The position numbers and the translations under genes were made by a program. DNA of 64,000 bases. It comes from Catajapyx aquilonaris. Lineage: Eukaryota. Shown here in pieces: positions 1 through 13,500 of the stretch. The notes under the pieces were generated by a model, which saw only the letters and a list, made by a program, of their open reading frames with translations, did no database searches and was not told where the DNA came from. The stretch covers positions 1 through 64,000 of the forward strand of contig KZ537982.1 of assembly GCA_000934665.2 (NCBI GenBank), written 5' to 3'. The first letter of the stretch is position 1, and the number at the start of each line of letters is the position of its first letter.

Positions 1-758
1 TTAGTATGTTTACCTCCTAACTAGTCCAAACAAATCCCTGAGGTCAATTCTTGCCGTCCCGTCATTTCCGTCTACACCCCCTTCATTGCCTGGACTACCA
101 GTTTCTTTGGCTGGCATTGCTGTTCCATATTAGCAGGTGTATTCTGGAAACCGAGAGTGGAAGCACAGCAGATAAAGTCGGTAGGTGGCAGGAAGAGCTG
201 GGAAAGTGTGTGTGGTATGGTGATCGTGGCAGGAGGAAAAAGGGTTTCTGACCGCTACACCCAGGCAATAAGAGAGCTGGTTCCAGTAAAAAATTATTTA
301 ATGTTGCATCAACAGTGAACAGATCATACATCATAAGATTGTAAAACTTGCCTGTTGTGCAATTCATTTAGGTCCTAGCAAAGGATTTTCAAGCAGACAG
401 TCTGTCTGTAATAACATGAAAACCAAAGTCCAGCAAATATTTTTGCAGAATGGCACACTCCACTATAGGCATTTCACTTTAGCATAATCTCAGTTTATAC
501 TGTACCACAAATCACAAAAAATAGATTACCGGTGTAATCAATTTTGGCATGTAATCAGGTGTAATAATTACTGGTAATCACAATAAATAATCAGGTGTGT
601 CCTTGAACCTGGAATTGTTAACCACATAGTATATGCGGTCATCCAGAATCTTGGTATTCCTTGTCGGCATACTGGCTCTATAAATACTGGCTGTCAGAAA
701 TGCTGAACTTCTTTGGTACCTTCTGGTTTCACACAAGGTTCCTTATCACTTGTACCAT

Positions 759-1671
759 TTAGACTTCCTTGGTTTTGGCATTTAAACGCCTCTTCTTCCT
801 GAGATTATCCAATTCTTCCGTCACTAAGGACATTAATTCATCAGCGGAGATTTCACCTTTCCTCTTCTGATGGCCATTTGTAGCAGTTCTCACTTCCAAT
901 AGTACCTTTTCTTTAATCTTCTTCATATCTTGCACAGTCAGGTCATAATTTTTACGCTCCTCATCATTGTCTGATTTTATCTCGTGCATTAGCGACCTCT
1001 GGAAATATTTTAAAAAATACACAAGTTTTCTTTACACTGCAGAAAATAATGATGTCGTACCTTGAATTTGAGCACTGGTTGAAGATACTGTAGTATCCAG
1101 TCTGTGTCCAGATAGGTTGCTTTCACCCATGGAAGGTGCCTTGCGAAAGAGCGTATTATGCCCTCCATCCGCTCCCGATGCTGTTTAATGGCTTTTAATG
1201 GTCTGACTCGCACATGAATTTGATCCAGAAAAGTTTTCATTTTCACATCTCGCCTTTCATGCCAACTACAGAAGGCAAGGTATGTAGAGGCTGTTGCCGC
1301 AGTGGGCAATGACACATCATACGGCATCAGATCAGACGAAAATATGTGGACATAAATGTGCAGAAGCTGTGCGCTGCGCTGGACAATAGCATCGCGCTCC
1401 TCTTCCTTCCCATCCCACAACTCCAGGACGTCCCGGGCACGAGATATCAACATATTCCCCACCTGCATTGCTTCAGCCACAACCACATCCTTGGTGGAGA
1501 TTAAAATTAGTAACAAAGTCATCACATTGTCTTATGATGCCACTTGTGTGGTTATACCTTCTCCGACGGTGTGCTTTCCAACTCGTTGTCAGCTGCAGCC
1601 TCCACCACACCTCCTCCGCTTCCAGAGGGCAGCTCTGCCCCTGTGTCCGCTCCTACCAACTCTTCTGACAT
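759..1671 (-). CDS. BRF2-like (TFIIIB 50 kDa subunit) C-terminal cyclin-fold protein, apparently N-terminally truncated; 3 exons, about 260 aa
   Basis: Exons 1671-1558, 1489-1061 and 998-759 join in phase 0 across 68- and 62-nt GT-AG introns. The product (..TASTYLAFCSW..IRSFARHLPWVKATYLDTDWILQYLQPVLKFKRSLM..EISADELMSLV) aligns by eye with my recollection of the BRF2 second cyclin repeat (AATFLAWQSL..LRMAEQLAWLRVLRLD..HRQSLV) and its C-terminal ISDSEI block. Additional upstream exons are possible. Confidence 0.55.
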
Positions 1672-4503
1672 CGTGCTTCGGAGGACTACGTACAACAAAG
1701 GACAAAAGGACAAACAACCAAGGAAACAACCAAAGACAACGTCTGGACAACGTTGTCTCCTCTGATGACGATAGAAATAATCTGGTAGCGATACAGTCAC
1801 CCATACTGTATTCATCGTAAACTGTATCCATCTAACCTTCGAATGAAATGTCAAATATTTATGCTCTGGCGTACAGTACACCTCAGTTGAGATGGTATAG
1901 GCTCTGTACAGTGCAAACTTCTTTAGCCTTTGCCTTTTGCCATCCCCTGCAGCATTTTCAGTAAATTCGTCTGGAGAGTGTCGAGCTTGGATGTCAAAAC
2001 AACCTCCGTGTGCTTAGTTAGTAAGAGAGGCTGCGCAAATTCGATGACCTCGGGCAACAGCTCATTAGGTATGCATGTCTTTGAGGATATACGGTCACTT
2101 TAGGGGTAATATGCGAGTCTCGCTTCGTCGGCATGACTGTGTACAAGAAGCAGACGTTTACGGCATACGGTTGTGCAGGGTGGGGCATTGCCCGATGTTT
2201 AAAAAAAGTAGGAAAAGGGGGAAAACAGTTATGGATTGTTTGTTTCGGCATCCTGTTGAATTGTTGCGGTTTATTATTTTGGAAACTGGTCGTTGAGAAT
2301 ATTAGCTACACATAGAAATCAATGCTGGTGTTGCAAATATTGAAATGATTTTCGCTTCTGATGGAGCAGAATGGGTTGCTCCAACAATGGAATTTGACAA
2401 ATAAGAATTAATTCCACCATGAATGCTGCTATGAGCCTATACCACGTGTCGGTATTACTCTTCATTTTCCTTTATGAAACTCGCGCTGTCATTCTCATTA
2501 TGTCAAGCGGTCGAAAATAAACTGCATCCAATACATGCTTTACTGTAGCCTACATTGCAGCCTATTACGTTTGCGAGAGCAGCGTATATAATATTGAGAC
2601 ATTTTAAGGTCGATTTTCCCAGTAAACAAATCATTAGAGAATGATTAAGTACATGCAGCATATTCGGACAACATCGAGCGACCAATTCCATGCAACTTAT
2701 AGGCTACATCATGTTTGATGACTGATGATTCCACCACTCTGAGTTATAACAGGTTATAAGCATATGCAAATGCGGAGAATTCTGAGGCAACAAAAATAGA
2801 CTGCAGTATGCTGCAGCATTATGTAAGTGTAGGTGATGAATCTACAGTATTGAAATGTTGATGCTACGTAAATATTGCAAACAGTTTCTCCCCACTCGAA
2901 TACTCTTAAGGGCAGGGTGTGCTGCTATATCTACAGCATAATGACATAGGTATTTTAAAATCTTAAACTATGTATATGAGTCCTAACTTGCTTGTTGACA
3001 TTGATGAGACAATATTACTCACTTCAAGCATCTCTCCTGAACGCAATATAAAGCACTTCACCACAGTAAAAGCATTCCTTCACATAATCAGTTTCAGGGT
3101 GTTGTTTAATTACATTTAATAAAATAATACTGTACGTACTACCAACATTTTAAGGTACAACGGAAACTGTTTTAGACAAAACATTCTCCAGGCACTCGGA
3201 CCATAATGTATAATATCGCACTGTATAACTTACAGTTATTTACGCATTGTATGTACAGTGTACCATTTTGTTCCCATCACTGCCCACTCGTCCAATATCC
3301 CACACCTTTTTTGCTCGAACCGACACCTCATATAGCGTGGGGTTTCTGGAAATCCCCATGCGGCCATAGATCATGGGTGTCCGTATTATTAACTCAACGG
3401 AATCGAAGGATCCCCCCCCCCCCNCCCCCCCTAATCTCAGTTTGAAAATGTTCGGCCAAAGTATATTAGGAGCATGCCTTCTGATATTCCAACGTGTACT
3501 ATACCTTACAATATTTTTGTCCCGTGCGGTGCCAATTGGTTTCGCGGTATACAGTTTGACCTGATCCTGATGAAACATAGCACTTATCGGAAATCGTCAG
3601 CTGCTTGTGCTGAAACAGATGTTTCATTTTCCAACTATACATAAGACTCTCGTATATCCGTGCGAGGCAAACATTTGCACCTCAGCTCTCACCAGAACTT
3701 CTTGTGGATCGGGATGGATGGCTCCTACAGGTGCAGGATCGAATAGAAATCATTATTTTAGAGAATGAAAATGGTCACGCGCCCCATTCAAATGACAGCC
3801 TGTAAAAGCATCCATTATATCATTATTCAGGTGTAGGGCACCAAATTTTCCGCCATTAATCATTTTTGATGCTTGCATTGTACTGACACTACTAAACGTG
3901 TGACGGTGAAACGTTTTTTAAAAGGCTATCCTAATGATCAGCATGCTCCCGTTGCCATGACGCCACGTGGATTATATCGCTATCTGCAACATATTCAGAC
4001 GATGGAACAAATCTGCAAATCCTAAGGGAAGAACCGACGTGCACTCTCATTTGCATATAAACATTACCCTAGACCCCCATGTTGCATAATGTAAGCGATA
4101 TCCGTACTGTTACAATACACCCTGTGCATACAGTATCCCCAAGATCAATGTCAATGACGCAACCATCGCAATGAAACCATTGTGACTACGCCATCAATTA
4201 TACAGGGTGTCTCGTAATTATACAATGTAAGGACATTATTGGAGTTCGTCCTATAGCAATTAATCGCTTTAATTCCGGAACACCATGCAAGTTGTAGAAA
4301 CAGTTTGAAATGCCGCACCGTGGTTTTACCTTTGTCCATCAGCAGATTCACTGACATCACCACCACCAACAGCGGTTGACAGAACCGCCTCCCTTCCTCC
4401 CAACCCCCTCCTTTCCAATCGATTCCTCCTTGCAATCGCATGTGCCAAGAACATATCAGTGAGCCCGCGAGGCTCGACCTGTTCGGACGCTCTTCTCTTC
4501 AGC

Positions 4504-7500
4504 ATGTCCCAAGAGCAGTGGTCCCCGGGCGGCCCCAGGGCTCGACGGCCCCGGCATCTGTCCTCCCCATGTCGGACCCCTTCATCACCTCAAGCATCAC
4601 CTTCCCCTACCCCGCCACATTCGCCATTACCTTCGCCCCTGCATTCGCCCCTACCTTCGCCCCTGGCCTCACCCAGCCGGCATAAGGGTGGTCACCTGGC
4701 CTTCCTCGCCTCCAGGAGGGGCAGTCGGGAACCATCCGAAGATGCGGAGGACTCCAGTTTCGCCAGGCTCAGGCAAAGGCGGAGGTCCAATTTCCTGGAG
4801 TTACCAGGTACGCTTTTTAGATACACGAGACTCTTGGAAATCTAATATCTGGCGAATTAAATTCACTTTTACCTTGCTAGAGTGCTGATTGAGCCACTTT
4901 GTGCTAAATAGTGAATGTTTGTTAATTAGTAGTGATTGGTACTGCATGAAAGTCAAGAGGGAAGGCATGTATTTGGAGCATCATATGAGATGACACCGCA
5001 ATTATGCATTATTTAACATGGGTATGTATGACAATGCATTAACTCACTTTAATACTCTCTACATGCAAATTAATTAACGGAGCCTTGTTTTACATGCGGC
5101 GTCACATGTCAGTTGGTTGAGGGTCAGTTTTTATTTCATGTCACTGCTAATAAACTAATATTAAGCATATTTTACAACAAAATTGCTGATGCGAAAATGA
5201 TGTTAAAGTTACTATGTGTAGGCCTACTGTATGTTTTGTGGCTTTTTGCAGTGTTACAGGGAGGCCCCCTGAGCACACTTTAATGCTCATGTTCGATCCG
5301 TTGTCGGGTAACTTGCTTTAACAAGCATAAAGTTATGGGAATTGCTTTCGCTGAGAAGATTAGATAATACAGCACTTATAAACTTCAAATTAAAAAACTG
5401 TCAGTCCCGCACTAAAATTATGACTTAAAATTCTGTACGTCACTTATCGACTTCTTTTAGCTTTTCGTTACCTGAGGCCGTTTCAGGTACTGTAGTGATT
5501 TTTGGCACCCATGCTACCGTAGCTATTTTGGCTTATAAATATTATCACATTTTGTATGCATCAAAGTGTTCAAGATGAGCAACGACAGCACCCGGAAATA
5601 CTCTAATTACAAAGTGGAACCCAACAAAATATTCCTTAACCAAGAGTCACTTACACCTGGCCAAACAACTCATCAACACAACGCCTCCTCCAGTAATTAG
5701 TCGCATTTTCACCGTCTCCCGCCTGAATAAAACGAATCTTAGCTGGCAACTCCAATCAAAAGTCGTCCTGACAACAATTACATTAGCCAAGCCGAGGTTT
5801 ATTCGTTCGCATGCGACGCAAACTAGACCTTGGACAATCAGATGCTGCGAGCGCCTTCTTATCCTTAATGATGATGATGGGAATGAGACTTCTTCGGAGG
5901 AAAGGAGTAATCACTTAAGGGACGCTGTTTTTTTTTCTTCCAAAAAAGGAATTTTCGTCTCCAATCGTTCCTCCTTTGAGTCGGAGCTTAGGGCTAGTCA
6001 GGCCAATCTATCAGCTCCCGCTTTTTATTATTTAAGGTAAGCCTACAATCCTTTTCCGGGAGATATAAACAGAGAGATTGTCCTTTTGTAGAGTTGGAGG
6101 GAAGATGCGGAGATTGATTGTTGGAAAAATATGACTGAAAGAAAGCGTCGTTTATCTTTAACCTTTTACGTTATGGAAATAATTTAAATAATGAAATAAT
6201 ATTATAATATAATATAATAAGGAAATAATGTGCTTTTAATATGTGTCAGTTACATAAAAATTATTTATAGTAATGTGGAAGCATTTTGAGTGTTTCAGGT
6301 CTGGACAGGTTATGATTTTTTAAAATGTTGAGTTAAAATTAGATTGAAATTGCAAATTAGGTTGGTAAAAATCAACATAAAACCACGCCGGAGTATGTGT
6401 TCTAAATTACGTGGTGTTGCTGCAACCAGCATCGAAGATGCCATAAGCAATAAAACATGATATTGCTAATAGGTATTGGCACAACAATGGCGTCCTTGGT
6501 CTGAAGGTGACTAATGGTAACTTAGCTCTAAAATAAATTGGCCGCAAAATTGGAAGTCTCCGGATGAGTAGCTTTTAAGGCTACTTCGCGTGAGTTCAGG
6601 TAATGGTAGGAAATGGGTCCTATAGGGACATAATAAAAGAGAACCGCAATTTTAATAGACACTTTTTTGTCAAGTGTCATCTCTCACACCTAACAGCCTT
6701 CCGTCTCTATATTTTTTTATGAAGGTAGTAAATTTCTGATGGGTCCTTCTGTGTTTGCCTTATACGCCAAATGATCGAGCAAGGTTAACCCTTGGTCGAT
6801 ATTTTTGATACACAACAGTTTCATTATCGGCTGTAATCACGCCTTTTGTACAGGTCCGGAGTTAAATAAACAGTTGCTGGTTATTTGGATGCGGAGCTCA
6901 TGGAATTACTGCTGTGCTTAATGAATTTAAAAACCTCGTGTTGCAAAAACCCGTGTAAAGTTCGCCGCATATCCGGAGGATATTATTCCTGGGAGTGCAA
7001 TCCGACAGACCGCAGCTACTCCATGATGGCAGGGGCTTTAGACTCACATGCTATGTACGTGCACGCTAGTTCATCATGTCAGCTCTTCAAGTTTCGCTGA
7101 TTAACCAACCCCGAAGCGGTGATTTCTTACTCGGCTAGAATAGCGTTTTTGATGATAATAAGGCCGCAGCGGTCGTTAAACAAACAGAGCACAAAATATT
7201 GGGGAATTGCACAAAAATGTTGATTTTGGGCATATGCATCAAGCTAGGATGAATGTAGCCACTTTCGGCCACTTTATCCTGGTCTTGAAGCAACCATTCG
7301 CACAGGCCCCACGGTGTGTATGTGTGAAGTGTTGCTTCAAGACCAGGATGAAGTGATCGAAATTAATTGAGACCGATAGTACGCACCTATGCCACGACAT
7401 AACAAGCAGTATATCGTTATGTATGTTTGGCCATGCGGATTACACGTTCGCGTAACGACCCGAAGTTTGATGCCTGAGGATTTCCGGGCTGTCGAATCAT

Positions 7501-10500
7501 CACGGATCGTTGAGCGAATCATCAAGGTGGAATATTCACCTGATCTTGCTTTAAAAAAAAATCAGGAACCAGTACCGGCAACTAGTTCAGCTTTTATTGT
7601 TGACATGAATGCCTTGTGTGACATTTATTAGTATTACCGCTAAATACGTTTCGAGCTTAATTAAACCGTCGGTCAGAATTCTCCGATTTTCCTGATGTAC
7701 GTTCACATGATTTAGCGTCAGTTGACGGTTATACTTTTCCGGGCAACAGGCCATCAATTGCCAACTTAGTTACGGGGTCGTTTAAAAAAAAGTGACATAA
7801 TCTGCTGATATTCAATTATCAGCAAATTAGCAGCCTGCATGTTGCGTGCAAATTGAGGGAAGGATGGTGTGAATATGTCAGCAGGGTTATGTGACAGACA
7901 TAGAATGATGCATCGTCTGCATGGTGGTGCACTGTACAGTTCAGGAGAGGGGTATAGGTGAATAAATTATGGATTGTTTGTCCCCAGCCACTCGTTAGGA
8001 AGTAACAATCAGGGTCGCAATCACTTGTCGCTAAACTGATTTCTGGAGTAAGGAATCCATAACTTCTCCTTGAGCGAACCTTACATGGAAACCGTGCCAA
8101 ATTTTCTGAAAATTGCAAAGTTGGCAGTGATACGACTTGGAATAAAAACATCTCTCTGCTCTTCCAAATGCGACAACATCAGCCAAAAATGTGAAGCCAG
8201 TCCTGTAATGCTACTTGAGAGGAAACTGCAGCATATATACGGTATGTGTTGTGTGTTGCTACCATATGCCATAAGATAAGGCATGTATTTTCTGAACTCA
8301 CACTGATGGGTATGACCTCTTGATCATGCTAGACTATTTTATATCTCTCCAACTGCAGCAACATTATTTTTATTATATCACAGGGATTTCAGGGCCACTC
8401 TGAGGGATTGGTTCCAAGTTTGTCTGAGTCGCAGAAGAATCATTGCTAGGCTTTTCATAGTCTGAATTGATACCCCTGAACATTTAGGGGTATAACGTGA
8501 AAAATCCTTCAGAAAGTCAGTCGTTTTTACTATATGTAAAGCACGATACAACTGGCTCAAGAAAATGTGGTGTATATGTGTCTAACCACATCCAACATTT
8601 ATTTCGACACAACATCCGATATGTCACTTTCTTCGATACGCCATCTGAACTTTCCCCACTATAATTTCAGGCAGCAGGAAGGAAAACAGAAAAAAGTCAA
8701 CATTGTGGTCCTGTATCTCGTTGATTGATCAGATCCCTACCACCGCTGTGTGTATTTTTCTACCTTTTCCCCCTCCCATCCCCACCCACACCTCTTTTTC
8801 TGCCTGTCCAACGCATACAACTTGACAATACTGCATCCAAGGTGACTATACAGATCAAGTGATTAGTAAGGCGCGACTCTTCCATTAGCTTGGTGACTAA
8901 TCTTCCTCAAGAGGTATCCAAGGTAATGGATAAGTCCCCAATCTTTTCTATTGTGACCATACCACCTGCTTCCGATCTCAAAATATCTGGAGCGAGGAAA
9001 AAAAAAAAACAATTCTAACATAAAAACCCAATATAGGCGCTTACAAAATATTGACTTGTACAGAAAACCAATTGCTATGTCGTCAAAAGGTCAAGTTTTG
9101 GCTGACCTTTTCCTATATGCTGGAGCTTTTTTTTCGGCCAAGAGGAAGAGAGGTTTTTAAGAAAATACGGTTCCCCGTGGTGAAAAGTTGAGTTTGAGGG
9201 AGGCAGGCAGTCATTTGAGGGGGCTTGGGTCGCCCCTTGTTCCAATTTAGGAAACTTCGGGCTTTGTTCCTTTGTTGGCAGGCGTCCCTGGTGCTTTGGA
9301 GGAGAAAAAGATTGGGTTGCCTGTACTTTAAGGATATTACTGCCGCATCTACATAAACCACTTTATTAGGCTGGGGGTCTCTTCATAATCATAATTGAGT
9401 TGGTGGACATAAACTACATTTCGTTCTTATCAAGAGAGAAATAAAAGGGTTGGATAAATTTGGCATGCAAATGTCATGATCATGCTTCCTGTTGCAGTTT
9501 CCTGTGATAGAAACTGCTACAGCACAGCTTTAAAGCGGTCAATCGATTGTTAATGATTCCGGAACGGGGATGGTGTACAGTGCCTTGCAAGTTATCTCTC
9601 GTCATCTACTTTCATCCTGAAAAAGCATCTTTTTTGGCTGAACAAAATCGCGGCATGTGGACAGCACAAAGGGTCGCTTTGAATGAAGCGTGGCTATGAA
9701 AAATGATAGTTTTCTTTCAACATTTGGCCATACCGCACTATAGTGTTCTCACTGGTTTATCTATTACGCAACAGTGATATTTTTCACCTACTTCTCGCCT
9801 TTCCTTACGCGTATAAATCATGTAGTTTGACTCCGCAATTATAGTAGAAGGTTTTGGGCAGAATATATAGCACAATTCATTTGAAGGATATTGCGGAAGG
9901 ATTCTGAAAAGCGAGTCGACCCCACTTTCGGAAAACCATCGATCCTCGAAGGATTTACAGTTATTGAAGCAAAGACACTTAAAAAGGCTTGGTGTATCCC
10001 GAGAAAAACCTTACAGAAAATATCGACTTCAGTCCGATAAATTACGGTCCCAACTTGCACCTTTTGGAAGAAAAAAACCGTTCCTTTTGAAAACTTAAAT
10101 TGCCTTATCCCAACGGATTTTAAGATGGTGGCAATCACAGTCTATTCTTATTCGTTTAAGTTTCAAATAGTGTGTCAAATGAGGGCAGAATTATTTGAAA
10201 AAAAATGAATTCCCAATGAAGGATTGATCAGCCGAGTTTAAATAGCTAATATTATTCATACTTTTATTTTTAACAAACTCTCTGTTTTATGTCTCACAGA
10301 TTTGTATTCGCCCCCTGGTCTCGTCTCCAAAGCTGCTGGATCAATTTAGTCAAAACGTTCTAATTCCAACGGACATTCCATACAATGCACCTAATTAAGC
10401 ACAAATTACGATAACAATGCGACACAGATTGTCAAAATTAGCCCTCATATAGAGTGATCAACAGAAGCTTTTGGGGGTCCTCCCATCTCCCATATTATCA

Positions 10501-13500
10501 CCTGATCCCGACCTCATTTCATGCACAGCGTGTAATGTAGTAATCCAACGCAAATTTCCCTCGGGTTTAAGTATGTGCAGGCACATGTTTGAATACCAGA
10601 CACAGTTTCCTTCGTAGTTACGTCGAGGTAGCAAGCTGAGTGATTTCATTTCCAGTTAAGTGGATAAAGCCATAATATGAACTGAGTACTTCCGTTTTTT
10701 TCCCCCACACCGAACCAGCATCCCTAGGGTAGAATTGTAATGGCGACAATGCATATAGAGTTAGAAAAAAAAATCTCAACATATATACCGTGGCCTTGTA
10801 ATCGAAACATATAACACTAGGGTGAGTACCAGGAAAAGAGCATGGGATTTGAAACTTGTGTTTTCGCTTCCCATTTTTTTGTGTGCGATGTTGCGCCGAG
10901 CTAAAAGCACTTCGGGGGGGGGGGGGGGGNGGGGGAATGTATAATTACAAAAACAGGGCACCCATTTTTCATTGCTGCGTTGCATGGATTACACGCAGAA
11001 CAAAGTCAAGCATTGTAATATAATTGCTACCGGGGAAATGTTATGCGTGTGTCAGTATGTTGCATTCTAATGTTGGAGGTGAACAAGGTTATAATTATTC
11101 GCCTCAAAATATCAAAATAAGTGAGAAATATATCTGCATATAAGTTTATGCCAATTTATGCACCGAAGCAGGTTGGTGTAGGGGTTAAGGAGCCAGACTG
11201 CTAATCGGGAGGTCCTGGGATCAAATCCCCGGGCCGGCAACTCTGACCGTGGTTTTCTGTGGTTTCCCACGGTCCCTCCAGGAAAATTCCGGAGTTGTTT
11301 CCGTAATTAACAGGCCACAGCCGCTTCCTTCCTTCCCTATCCCTTCCCAAAAAGCGAAGCAAAAAGTAAAAAGACAAGAGTTCCTGACAAAAAAAAAAAA
11401 AATTGGGATGAACTCCCCCCCTAAGAGAGCCAATGGCTCTATCACGGGGTAAAATTATTATTATTATGCCAATTTATGCAAAACTAATGACTAATTGGAG
11501 GCCCAATATGAAAATTATCATATGGAATGTAATAATGACCCGCATCGACAACGCAGTGTTTCAATATAAAAATTTCATCATGGCACGTCATGGTATATTA
11601 ATTTTTCAACAAAGACATGCTGTACAGGGCTGAATAACAGAATATCCCCACATCATCCTCGCAGTAGTAGAGCTCTGTTTGTGCTTCCAGACCACAATAA
11701 CTTTAATCCTGGCTTGTAGCACGTGACGGCATCTTTGACAAAAGTGGCATCAAGTCCGGGTCCAAACGAGTCCAAATGGAATCCACGGATCGTTACAAAG
11801 GAACCAACAAAAAAAATCCGGAAGAGAATCTTGGCTCTTCGTATATAGACTAAAAAAGGGCGTCGCACTGACGCCCGGTCATCCTTTTTTGTTCATCTTC
11901 AGGCTCTTCTTACATTATTATTTTCTTCAGCAGCAAAAGTCAAGCTGTGCGGGATGGCAATTTGAGGAGTAATCAGTGCATATCCGTGTCGCCCCTTTAA
12001 AACGGTTACAGAGATTATGCGGCTTGATTGGTTTCCAGAGTGCCAATCTGGAAGGTTAATAGCTCGCAAATAAATGCATAAAAGCAGGAGAAGATGAATA
12101 TTGAAAGTCCGCATTAGCATTGCTATCTGGCTGGGAAGGCTCCAGAAAGCTTGGGACGTATAATTAGACGTTTTTGTTAACAATGTTGGTTAATTGTTGG
12201 GAGCAAATGTTCCGGGATTTTAGATTTTAGTGAGCAAACTTGTGGGAACAAACCAGCCTATTCGGTATGTTTAATTGAGCACAGAAAGTTCCGGAACTGT
12301 TCATTTTAAAAGTTTAAGCTTATCGTATTTCATTTTAATGACATTAATGATGTATTCCGGATAAAGTTGGGCTAGGGCATTATACTAGCACAAAAGTGCG
12401 TTTGAAGTTCATACATACAGTATGTTGGAGTGTATCGAGCGCTTTATTTTCCTTTGACTCCGCACTTGTTGCCTCAGGGATAGTAAAAGGAGGCGGAGAT
12501 ATCCATTAAGGCGGTGGTACTTGTTTCAACCCCACTGTGGGTGGTTCAGGTTACGTACAGACAAAAGCTAGAATCAATAGTCATTTGGGATGCCCACCAG
12601 CACTATTTTCCAAGTGAGACACAAGTCGCAGTTTCACTTCATATTCACCACATCATTCCAGGGGAGAATAATCCTTATATAACATAAGTTGAAAATTATG
12701 GTGTAATGGAAGTGACTAAAATTCACTTCTGAAATTAGTCTGAAAATGTCACCCTTAGAAGTGAAGAGCATTTATCAATTTTTGCTCGGGAAAATGCATT
12801 CCACAGAAGAAGGCGTTTCTTGTGAAGTAATGCAGAAAGAGACCGATTTCTCCTTTCCTTTTCTGACAACCAGCAAGGTAGTCAAAAGAATTTTGGAAGT
12901 CTCGTCTCGGTTGCTGGAGCGGGGAAAATTTAATTCGCTTTTCGATGTCGCTGGCTGCTCTTTTTTTTTTGGGGGGGGGGGGTTATAATGATTAATGCCA
13001 GAAATGTGTTCCTTGCTTTTTCAATTGCATTTCTGCTTCTGGTAGAAAAATATGAGTGTGTTGCTAAAGTCGGTTGCTTCGTATGGTTATAGTTATTGCT
13101 ATATTCCGATCACTAGTGGAAATAATACCATAGCTTTCTAAGAGGGTAAGAATATAATTTTATTCACGGATGTAAAACTTCGCAATGATTAAATTAAATG
13201 TAAATAAGTCGCTATGTTTACAGTAGACAAGATAGAAAAAACGTACCGTACCTAATAAAATGATAATATTTGAATAAGACAATGTGAACTATTTTCCACT
13301 TGCAGCTATATGAATGGTAATTTATTATGCAGGATACCCTGAGGCATAGATGAAATTTCTCGATACGAAAAATTACCAACCTACGCTAATTTAAAATATG
13401 GAAAGTGGATCACGACCGGTAGAGAACACATTTTACAAATTAGCATAATATGTTAATGACTCTATTGCACTTTGCCACTATGAATTACGCAACCCCTTCA

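Noticed and set aside
51..367. Short ORFs at the window start
   Set aside because: I could not link them by phase to the BRF2-like gene or recognise any domain. They may be UTR or part of a gene outside the window.
3412..3431. Poly-C/G runs containing N (also about 10915-10935 and 14371-14388)
   Set aside because: Homopolymer assembly uncertainty, not interpretable as functional G-quadruplex sites.
11163..11235. tRNA-Ser(GCT)-like gene, and similar heads near 43.4, 44.4, 45.4, 49.5, 60.3 and 60.9 kb
   Set aside because: Each continues into a longer body, most with a simple-repeat tail and TSD, so they are SINE heads rather than tRNA genes.
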